Below are positions 26,163 through 44,900 of a stretch of DNA of 64,000 nucleotides, in pieces. The number at the start of each line of letters is the position of its first letter. The stretch's first letter is position 1. This DNA comes from Piromyces finnis finn (Eukaryota > Fungi > Neocallimastigomycota): NCBI GenBank assembly GCA_002104945.1, contig MCFH01000042.1:248001-312000 (forward strand), in the 5' to 3' direction. The notes under the pieces were generated by a model. That model did not search any database. It saw only the letters and a program-made list of their open reading frames with translations, and was not told where the DNA came from. Made by a program: the position numbers and the translations under genes.

Positions 26163-26300
26163 GCTACCTATGGAAAGTCTACTGAAAAGAGAGAAGAAAA
26201 AGAAAGATGCTGCCTATGAAAAGTCTACTGGAAAGAGAGAAGAAAAAGAAAGATGCTACCTATGAAAAGTCTACTGAAAAGAGAGAAGAAAAAGAAAGAT
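26163..26300. repeat. Intergenic purine-rich minisatellite, 3 x 46 nt
   Basis: Unit gct(a/g)cctatg(g/a)aaagtctactg(a/g)aaagagagaagaaaaagaaagat at 26163, 26209 and 26255, then a partial gcta at 26301. No spacers. Confidence 0.93.
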
Positions 26301-27235
26301 GCTATTTATAAAAGGAGTTGTGAAGAATGCATTATAAATTGGTACTGAATGAAAGAGGTGTTATCAAAGTGATGAAAATGCTAATATGAAGATAGATCAA
26401 TGAAATTCAAGTGTAAAGGACGTACTAAATAATTAATTATTCCAGTTGAGCATAATGCCAAGTTAAAGAAGAATAAATATCAGATAAATAGAAAATGACA
26501 TAAATTAAATAATTCATTAAAAATAAAAGCATCATTGATTAAAAGCTTCTTTTATTGTTAATGATGTCAGACAGGGAATTTAGAAAATAATATTATATTT
26601 AAATTGTAAATTTTTATGAAATATAAACCTTGAGTATTGTTAAAGTATGTCAATTTAAATTTATTTGAAGGTTTTTATCTATATATATATTTTATCTATA
26701 TATATTAGTGACCTTTTCATGATAAAGGTATATATATTAGGTACCCTTTATAGGTACCTTCATAATTATGAAAGGATCACTGATATAAATTAATATAAAT
26801 TAATATAAATTAATATAGAGAAATCTAAATTATTTATTTGTAATAGAGAAGTTAATTTTTCAATACCTGTAATATATAGTGTATTTTAAAATAATTTAGC
26901 TAGAAGATTCTTCTTTAAAAAAATATTAATGTTTATTAAGACTTTTCTATTGTGAGTTACATAGAGGATTATAAAGAGTTAAGTAACAAAATATATTGGA
27001 AAGGCTTTTGAAAGATTTTTTTTATTTTGCAGTTTAAAATATTAATATAATCAATAAGCTTTAAAAATAAATAAATAAATAAATAAATTAAATGAGTATA
27101 AAGTTTAAAAAATATTTATAAATATTTATGTGTTATTAAAAAGCAATAATAATTAACGTTCATAAGAGAATTGGTTGAAATTTTAATTCCTTTTTATTTT
27201 AATAATTCTTTTTCTAATTAATAAAAAGGTATTTA

Positions 27236-27346
27236 TTTTTGACGGATTTAGCCAGAAGAAATTCGATCTCTGCCAGATTTTTAGACAGGAAATTTTCTAA
27301 AAATAGAATTTTTAGGTTAAAATTTTTTGGCTAAATCCGTCAAAAA
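27236..27346. mobile_element. MITE-like element / inverted repeat with 19-bp perfect terminal inverted repeats
   Basis: tttttgacggatttagcca (27236-27254) is the reverse complement of tggctaaatccgtcaaaaa (27328-27346). The IR extends outward (gtatttat/ataaatac) across a 6-nt indel. No clear TSD. Confidence 0.5.
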
Positions 27347-27366
27347 TCTAGGATAAATACTAATTC

Positions 27367-27433
27367 ATCAATTACATTTTACCTTTTTTTAATTGAATAG
27401 TAAAAAAAAAAAAAAAGGTAAAGTGTAATTGAT
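27367..27433. repeat. Inverted repeat, 24-bp arms with one mismatch
   Basis: atcaattacattttaccttttttt (27367-27390) versus the reverse complement of 27410-27433 (atcaattacactttaccttttttt). Confidence 0.8.
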
Positions 27434-28271
27434 TGTTATTAGTTGAAATAGTATGTTTTATAGTTAATATAATTTTTTTTTTTGGTAAAGAATTTTAGCA
27501 AAAAAAAAAAAAAATTATTAATACGTTTAAACCTACAGTTCATTGAGGTAGCTACTTTTTGATAGGCTTAGTAAGACACCTAACGTAATTAAGAGTGCCG
27601 AAGTCATATCTATATATGGCAAAGGAATATTCCTAATGTTTTGTACACAGGGTTTTTTTTTAATTCATATTTTTTCATAGCATCATAATATATCCTCTTC
27701 AATTCTTAAAGTATCTTTTTTTATTTTATTTTATTTTACTACAACAGCAACTCTTTATTATTAAGATATTACTTTTTCATTATGAAAAAAGTTTAATTGT
27801 ATTTTAAATCTAATGAATTTTCAAGAGTCAATAGATCCAATTTTTTTTCTACTTCTTTTATGAATGCTTATTTACATTAATATTTCTCTTTTTACTTTAT
27901 TATTTGTTTTTTTATTAATGACTAAAAATATAATATTTCATTTTTTTGATATTTATACTCTTTTTAAAAAGAGAAATAAAGTATTTATAAATATGGTCAT
28001 ACAAATGAAAACATTATGTCAATTTTTAATTTTTTAATTCATTTAAATTAAATTTATAAAATATAGCTTTTATTTTATTAAAAAAATGGAATTAATAAAC
28101 TTTACTGACAATAATAGAATAATGGACAATAATCAATAAAATAAAAAAAAAAAGTCTGTATAAAAGAAAAGAAAAATTCTTTTTTTTTTTTTTTATTCAT
28201 TTTCAATTTAATAAATATAAAAAAAATTATTAAAGAAAATATATTATTATAAGAATATTTAGGAAAGTAAA

Positions 28272-28817
28272 ATGATCTCAGATTCAAACAACATTTCTTT
28301 TGAAGACTTCAATAATTCATGTAATCAAAATTTATCTATTCTTAACAATCTATTACCTTTTAGCGATTTAAATAATAAAAATCAGAAAATTGGAAATACT
28401 TTTATTTCGTTAGATAAACCTATTTTATCTTCTTCAGTAAATTCTATTGATATGATGAGCCCTATGAATAAGAATAATTATATTTCTATGGAGCCATATA
28501 ATAATCTATTATATAATTATAATAATTATAATTATAATTATAATAATGTTACTAATTCTGATATAAATTTAAATTGTCGAAATTTATTCAATAATAATTA
28601 TTCTTATCAAAACCCTTTTCTTTTAAGAATGTCATTCCCTTTGTTATACTTACAATATAATAATCAATATAATGGAGATATGTTATCCTTAAATCAATTT
28701 AATAACACTCTAAGTTTAACAAATAATGATAATAATACTGGTGATATTAAAAGTTTATTAAAGAGTAATAATAATAATTATAGTAATACTATTACAAACT
28801 CTGCTTCAAAATTACAA

Positions 28818-28904
<87 letters not shown>

Positions 28905-29544
28905 TATATTGGTAGCATTCTAAAATTGCAATGTAATAATAATATTTGTAGTAGTTCGAGAATATTGAACAACAACACTAATAATACTAGTATTACTAGT
29001 ATTTGTAGTAATAGTAGTTCAAGAATGTTGAACAATAACAATAATAACAATAATAACAATAATAACAATAATAACAGTAATAACAATAATAACAGTAATA
29101 ACAATGATAATATCAATAATATAAGTGTATTAAATAATGAAACTAGAAAAAGAAGATTGGATTCTACTGGCGATAATGTAGTTTTGCCAAAAAAAATAAA
29201 AACGGATATTAATGAAAAAATTAAAAGTGAAGTTGAACAAAATAAAGATGATGATGAAAAGAAAGTAACAGTTCGATGTCCAATTTGTTTAGAAGAACCT
29301 TCATATGATATTCCATTATTTAGTACTTGCTGTGGTAAATTTTAAAATTTTAATTCTATAAATTAAAAAATTTTAATGAACCAATAGTTAATTTTTAAAT
29401 TTTAAAATTTATTAATATATTATAGGACACGTTTTTTGTGAAAGTTGTTTAGAAACTAGTATAAAGAAGAAAAAGATATGTCCAATTTGCAGACAAAGTT
29501 TTAGAAATAAAAGAATTTATAAACAAAGATTATACTTTTGTTAA
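28272..29544 (+). CDS. C-terminal C3HC4 RING E3 ligase, paralogue of 23597-25294; 2 exons
   Basis: Exon 1 28272-29334 ends ...CPICLEEPSYDIPLFSTCCG. GT-AG intron 29335-29425. Exon 2 29426-29544 gives HVFCESCLETSIKKKKICPICRQSFRNKRIYKQRLYFC*. Confidence 0.88.
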
Positions 29545-30550
29545 AAACCTATTTTTTTTTGAAAGAGATAATAAACTTTATGTTTTTATTAAAAACAAAA
29601 CACTTTTTTTTTTTTTTATAAAAAGATAAATGAATATATTATTTACTTTAAATCTTTTTTTAAAATAGGACACACCTATTATACGTAGTAGATCCATTTT
29701 ATTATCATAAATTTTTAATATTAATAATTATTATTAATAAATCACTTTATTTTTTTTTAAAAAAAGAATCTTTAAATTAATTATAATTATTATTTTATTT
29801 ATTATATAATCCATTTATATTCATTCATAATTCTTAAACGTTTTATTTTCATTTTTTATTAATATATATATATATATAAAAGAAATAAAGACATAAACTT
29901 TTTTTTTTTGAAATATAAAATTTTAATTTGAATATTAATAACTATTACATTTTTCTTTATTTTTTTTTTTTTTTTTTACTAAATAATAATATTTATTAAT
30001 GATATAAAAAATAAATATATAAAAAGTAAAGGTATAGACACCACACACTTTTTCTTTTTACTATGCGCCTTAATAATTACTATATAAAATCTAAAAGTAA
30101 TTATAAAAAGTTATATTTAAAAATTTATAAAAAATAATGTATTGATTAATATAATTACTAAAGTTTTGATTGGCTAATTATTCAATAGTTTTTTTTTTTT
30201 TTTTTTTTTTTTGTAAAAATCAAAGTACTATTAAATATTAATTTTTATTATAAAAAATAATAATAATAATTATTATTATAAAATATTATTAAATATTAAA
30301 ATAATAATAATTATAATTGTAGAATTTCAACATTACACAAAAAAAATATTTTATTTCAAAAAATAAAAAAAATACTTTTTTTTAAAATTGTGTTTTTAAA
30401 TAATTTCTTTTTTTTTTTTTTTATAAATTGTTTAATTATTAATTAAATATAAAGTCAAAACTATCGATATTTTTGACGAAACAGAGAAAAAAAAACTTTA
30501 GAATTTTTGTAATTTAATTTCATAAATATTATATATATATATATACAAAA

Positions 30551-30810
30551 ATGAAACGTTCAGCAGATTTCGGTTCTTCTAGTTCAAAGAAGAGAGATAG
30601 AGATAATCAAAGAAGAAATGATGAAATGGATATAAATGAAATGGGTGAATTCGAAGATCCATATGGTGATGAAAATGATAGTGAAGAAGAAATTGTTGAA
30701 ACTAACGATGACGAAGGTATAATTAAATATCAAATAATAATAAATTGATATAATAATAGGCAATAACAACAACAACAACAATAATAAAAATAGTAATAGT
30801 AATGTAATAA

Positions 30811-30868
<58 letters not shown>

Positions 30869-32793
30869 TACATGTATAAGAAATAATCTTGAGAAATAGT
30901 TAACAATTATATATAATAAAATAAATCTGAAATAAAATGTTTTTCCACAATTGAATAGATTCATTAATTATTTTTATAAATCTTAAATAGGTATGGATAT
31001 CGACAATGAAGAAGAAGCTAAACATGAAGTAAATCAAAATTTTATTTTTTTTTATCAAAAAAAAAAAAAAAAAAGTTATCAAAATATCATATATATATTT
31101 TAGAAATATTAGACAACTAATATTATTTTAAAATTCATTACTATAAAATTATATTTTTGATAATAATAATAATAAAAATAAATATAAACATATACAATCC
31201 AAATAATAAACCATATGCATACACACAAAAATAATATAAAATACTATATATTAGACTTATATGCCAGGAAAGGAAATGGGAGAAAATGAAGTTCTTGTTG
31301 TCGATAATACAGCATATGAAATGTTACATTCCATGAATGTTGAATGGCCATGTTTAAGTTTTGATTTCTTAGGTGATAACTTAGGTGTTAACCGTACAAC
31401 TGTAAATTTTAACATTATGTTTGAATTTTATTGATTATATTAAAAATCTTATAAAATCAAAAAAAACTAATTAATTATTTTATTTTTTTTATTAAATCTA
31501 TATTTAATTCTTTTTTTTTTTTTTTTTTCTTGAAATAAAATATTTGATTTTTTTATTTATATAAAAGTTTCCAATGACATCTTACCTTGTTGCCGGTTCT
31601 CAAGCTGAAGACCAAAAGAATAACCAATTATATATTTTAAAAATGTCTCAAATGAACAAAACTAAATATGATGGTATGAATAAAATAATCATAATAGTTA
31701 TAATAAATATATTAGCATTTATGTAGTTTTATAATTTAAACCAAATTATTGAATAATTTTTATTTTTGTTTTTTATATTTTATTTTTCATTATTATTGTT
31801 ATTATTTAAACATTACTATAAATTAACATTGTAATAAATAGATGATTTCGAAGATGATAATTCTGATGATGGTTTAGATGATGATCCAATTTTAGAATAT
31901 AAATCTGTTCCACACCAAGGTGGTATAAATAGAGTTAGAGTTATGCCACACCCAGAATCACATATTGTTGCAACATGGTCTGAAACTGGTAACGTAAATA
32001 TCTTTGATATAACTTCAGCTGTTAAAAGTTTCGATGTTCCAGGTTTAATGGTTAATACCAAAAGCATAAAACCAATGTATACTGTTAAATCTCATGGTCG
32101 TGCTGAAGGTTTTGCTTTAGATTGGAGTAAAGCAGAAATTGGTAGATTACTTTCTGGTGATATTAATAAGCACATTTATTTAACTAACCCAACTGAAAGT
32201 TCATTCAATACTGATATTCAACCATTTACCGGTCACCAATCTTCTGTTGAAGATCTCCAATGGTCTCCAAAAGAAAAATGTGTATTTGCTTCTTGTTCTG
32301 CTGATCAAACTATTAAGATCTGGGATACTCGTGCTGGTAAACGTCACCAACTTAGTGTTAGAGCCCATGAAAGTGATGTTAATGTTATTCATTGGAACCA
32401 AACTACCGATTTCTTAATGGCTTCTGGTGCTGATGATGGTGTCTTTAAGATTTGGGATTTACGTCAAAACTTTGGTAGCAACAATACTACTGCTGTCGCT
32501 AGTTTCAAGTGGCACACTGCTCCAATTACAAGTATTGAATTCCATCCTCAAGATAGTTCTATGTTAGCTGTTAGTGGTGCTGATAATCAATTAACTTTAT
32601 GGGATTTATCTGTAGAACGTGATGTTGAAGAAGAAAAGGGCATTAATTCAGATGTCCAAGATATACCACCACAATTAATGTTTATTCATCAAGTAAATAT
32701 ATTAAATAATATCTATCTTTTATCAATTAATCTATTTATAATATTAAGAATTAAAAAATATTGTAATAAGAATGGGTACTAATTATATCTATG

Positions 32794-32832
<39 letters not shown>

Positions 32833-32974
32833 TGTTATTATTATTTTTTTTAATCACATCTAATAGGGTCAAGAAGATATTAAGGAAATTCACTGGCATA
32901 AACAACTTACTGGTGTAATAGGAAGTACTGCAAGTGACGGTTTTAACATTTTCAAAACTATTAATTCTCAATAG
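30551..32974 (+). CDS. RRB1: Ribosome-assembly WD40 protein RRB1/GRWD1; 6 exons, ~471 aa
   Basis: Exons 30551-30716, 30991-31028, 31255-31401, 31568-31673, 31842-32692 and 32867-32974 are in frame. Motifs [70 protein letters not shown]. Confidence 0.95.
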
Positions 32975-34244
32975 ATCATTATTATTATTTCTTTTTTTAT
33001 TTAGTTTCAAATATAAAATTTATAAAATGAAAATTATAAAGGAAAAAAATATATATCTATATAAATAATATATATAATCTCCATAGACTCTTATATACAC
33101 ACACAGGAATAAATATTATATATTTTTTTTTTTTTCAATTTTACTATTTTAATTCATTCTTGTACTTTTTTATTTATTATAAAGTCTCTTTAGCATTTAA
33201 TAATAATAATAATAAAAATAAAAATCTTATAAAATATAAATGATTTTATTTTTTTATATTTTTGTTCATATAATTGATTATTAATTAAATTAGTTTATAA
33301 AAGATAGGTAAATAGAATATCTCTATAAAACTAATATTTTAAATATTTTAAATATTTTTCCTTTTTTTTTTTTTTTTTTTTTTTTTTTTGTTGAAACTAT
33401 TTAATAACCATATTTAAAATATAATTTTTTTTTCTTACCTAAATATTAAGTGAAATAATTTTGTATCTTTTAAATTGATTTGATTATTATAAAGTCAAAA
33501 TATTTTATAATTTTATTATAATATTATTACTATTTTTTATTTTTATTTTTTTTATTTTTTATTTTATATTTTTAATAATTCTATTAAAAAAATACATTCA
33601 TTATTATTATTAATATATAAGAGGTACAAAAAAAAAAAAAAAAAAAAGAAAAGAAAGAAAAAAAAAAAAGTATTTTAATTATAACTTTTACTGACTGGAG
33701 AAGAAGAAAAAAAGAGAATAACGAAATTATATATATCAATATAGAAGAAATATAAAATAAAAAAATTATAAAATAAAAAAAAAAATATATTTACTGATAT
33801 AACTTAATATCATCATTGAAATATTATTAAAATTTATATATATTTATATATATAAAATAATGTCATTCATATATTATATATATTATATAAAGATGTTAGT
33901 ATTATTATTATTATAATTATTGTGTTGTGTTGTATATTGTAATTATTGTTATTACAGTGAAAGATAGCTTTTTTTTTTTTTTTCTTTTCCTTTTTTTTTT
34001 TATTTTTTATTTTTTATTTTTTTGGTTAATTTAATGTTAATGGTAATATGGTGTAGATACTAATTTAACACAAAGAATGACTTTATTCGTATATTATTGA
34101 ATACATTTATTGATTATATAATTATATATACTATTATTGCTTTATTATTCATGCTTTATATTGCTATTGATTATAAATATATGGATAAAATTTTTTCTTT
34201 TTCTTTTTTTTTTTTTTATAAAAGAAATTAAAGGTGAATTTAAT

Positions 34245-41191
<6,947 letters not shown>

Positions 41192-41944
41192 CTTTAAATT
41201 ATAATACACAATTAAATTTCCAATATACTTATATATTTTTTATTATCATTATATTTATAATTAAGGGGCCTTTTAATAAATTTAATACAAACAAATTAAT
41301 TTAATTATAATTTCTAATAATTGATGTCATATCTATTTTAGTAAATATTATGTATTTATATATAAATAAATGCTGGTTGTACTTTAATAATTAATTATTA
41401 TTTTTATTAAATAAAATAACTTTTTATAATGAATACAATATAAATAGCAACTGATTTAATATCACTTTTTTATTTTAAAAAAATAATATTTTTATGAATT
41501 ATTAACAAAAAATTTAAATATTAGAAAAAAAAATAATTAATAAAATTAATAAATAAATATATAAAAAAATAAATATGTAAATAAATTGATGATCAATTAA
41601 TTTTAATAAAAGAATATATATAAATATATACAAAATGTAAAAAATGGAAAAAAAAAAAAAGTGCTGTGTAATTTTTTTTTTTTTTTCTATATATATATTA
41701 ATGTTATATACCTTTTTTTTAAGATCTTAGAAGTATTGTTTTAAAAAAATCTATTTATTTATACTCAATAAAACTTATTTATTTTGAAATTATTTACTAA
41801 ATAAAGATTAAATATTATGAATTATTTTTAAAATAGAATATTTAGTTAATATTTATTGTAAGGAATAAAAAAAGTATACCTTTAATTTTTATAAGAAATC
41901 TTTTTTTTTTTTTTTTTTTTTACAAAAATAATATAATTAAAAAA

Positions 41945-44900
41945 ATGGATAATAATATTAGAAGAAATCTTCGTAATGAAAATGAAGATGATCTTATGCG
42001 TATGTTTGAAGAATTCAAAAGGAGTGGTAGTAAACCAAGTGCGAATGTAAAAAGAGTTGGTGCACCAGTCAAAGTATCTTCAAATCCTCCAACTTCTTCT
42101 ATGCCTGATAATACTAAAAATAAAAAGTTATCAGAAAATAAGAATGAAAATGTTATTGAACAAAAGAAAGATGTTGTTGATTTAGGATTAAATAAGTTAT
42201 CATCTCAATTAAAAACAGAAAAGCAAAAGCCAAAAAAGAAATCATTATTTGCAATGAGACAATTAAATGGAAATAAGTTAAAAGATGTAAGTCCATTCAC
42301 TCCAAAATTACCTAAAGGAAATGTAATTCTTTCAAAGGATGTTGTAGAAAAAGAAACTGTTACTGCTACAAAGTTTTCAAAGAAAAGATATTATGACCAT
42401 GGTTTTCCTGAAGTTACTTTTGATTATCCTGAAATTAATGAAATTAAAGATAAAATCGAGATTTTAGAAAATAATAATGATGAAATTAATGAAAAATGTG
42501 AATGTACCTGTGGTTCATGTAATTGTAATGGGCATAATCATAATGATGACCATAGTAGTTTATTGGCAGGTGATAAAATCATGAGTAATTCAGATAAAGA
42601 AGCAATTCATAAAGAAAACATGAACATATTAGAAAATATGTCAAAAAGTGAGATTCTCGAAATGCAAAAAGAAATTTTAAGTAAGATTAACCCAGAAACC
42701 TTAAAATGGTTAAAAGAAAGAAGAAAGAAGAAAGAAGAGAATGAAGAGAATGAAAATGAAAAAAAGAATAGTAGTAAAACTGAATCATCAACTAGTTTAA
42801 ATTCAAATATAAATTCTTCCTCAAGTAATACTGAAATTTCTAAAACAAAACGATTATTAACTGATTTATTAAAAACCAAGTTATCATCATCAAATAATAG
42901 TTTATCACTTTCATCGTCTTCATCAAAAACAAATATTCAAGATAAAAACGAATTAAATGTTAATAAATATGAAATTGAACCAGAAAAAAAAGCATTTATT
43001 GAAAATAGTATTTTTAATACAAGTTCATTAGAAGACATAAATGATGTAGATATGTTGAAATTAGCAGAAAAAGAAGCAACTAGCAAGGAAGAATTAGAAA
43101 AAATTGAATGGATGAAACCACTTGGAAATAATAATGAAGAAAATAAAAGTGATATAGATGTAAAGGAATCTGATAGTGAAAAACCATCTGTTTCTAAATT
43201 ACGTTTTGATTTTAAAGGAAATATTTTGGAAAAAAACTCTAATATATCAATGAGTAAAGGTTTACATCATCATGGTGATGATCCAACTCAAGCTGGATAT
43301 ACATTAGATGAATTTTTATATTTAACTAGAAGTTCTGTTTTTTCACAAAAATCTATATGTTTACAAGCACTTTCTTCAATTTTAACAAATTTATATTCTG
43401 CTAAATATAACGGCTCTTTATCAAGCGAAATAATGAATTATTTAATGAAGCAAAAAAGTATAATTAATATTCGTATGGCTTTAGACGATGCAAATGAAAC
43501 AGTTATTGTATCTTCTCTTAGAGCTTTAGCATCATTTTTAGGAAAAACAGATAATAATTCTAATTATCTATTAAATGATCAAGAAAAATGTTGTTTCCAA
43601 CCATTACATAAAATATCAAGATGCAATAATTTTAATGTATTTTGTTTAAACCCAAGAAATACTAACAATTATTCATTAAAGATATCTGGTCAAGATATAA
43701 AAAAGAGTCTTCAAGAAGAATTACTTGATAGCGCTCCAAAGGAAAATGAAAATTCAATCGAATACCATTCAGATATTGTAAGAAAAGATATAGTAAAAGG
43801 TTTATTGAAGATGAGCATTTTACAAAGATTAAATTATTTATTAAAATACTATCCACTTCCTCCTTCTGCATATGATGATGTTATATGGATATTAAGTACT
43901 ATAGCATTACATTCAGAGAAGGCAGCTGGTGAAATATTAAATAATAAAAATATTATTTATCAAATAGTTGATGAATGTTTATCTATTAATTGGCCAACAG
44001 ACTTAGACAATGATAGTCAATCTAATTATCCAATTATTAATACCTTAAACTTTATTAAAATTTTATGTCAATCTTCTAGGAATAATGCACAATATTTAAT
44101 AGATTCTGGTATAATGACAATATTAATTCGCTTTATTTTAATAGGACCAAGTGAAGTAGATGAAAATATTTACTCAATAGCATGCCTTATTCAAGAATAT
44201 GTATTACATATATTTAAAATATTAGTTGATTATGGTTTATACTCGTCATCATTTTCTGATATTAGAGAATCAATATTAAAATATTTTGGAAGTATTGGAA
44301 CCAAATTTATTACAAGTACCAAATTAATCGATGGCGTAGAAGAGGATATATGGAGAATGAATGCTCATTTCATATTTTTATCATCGCTTTTTAATTGCTT
44401 AATGTCAAATAAACCATTAGTAGATGATTATTTAAGTTTTGCACCTGAAACATTAATACAACCATTTTTAAACAATATTTTCGAATTCTTGATTGAATTA
44501 AATACATTAACATTTGAATCATCCTATAATGATACTAATAAATTCTTAAACATTCAAGTACTTATTTCCAATGGTTTAAATATGATTACAACTTATTTAA
44601 AGTATATGGCTAAAAATCAATTTGGTTTTAATAATAATGATCTTCAGGGACGTTTAAGTAAAGATCAATTAAAATCCATATTGGATCTTTCAAATATGGA
44701 CACTGATAAATATATAAATGGCGTTACTAATGACTTTTCTGTTTCCTTATGTTCAAGATTAAAAATATTCAAATTAATATGGAATAAAAGTAAGTTGGCA
44801 ATAATTAAATTATTTGAAATTAAGAATGAAAAGGATGACCAAACAGGCATGGGTAATATCGATTTTCTTGAATTTAAGCATCTTTTAGGTTGGTATAGTC

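Noticed and set aside
26163-26300. Possible CRISPR array (near-identical direct repeats)
   Set aside because: Units are directly adjacent with no unique spacers, there are no cas genes, and the context is eukaryotic; this is a minisatellite. The same applies to 22095-22284.
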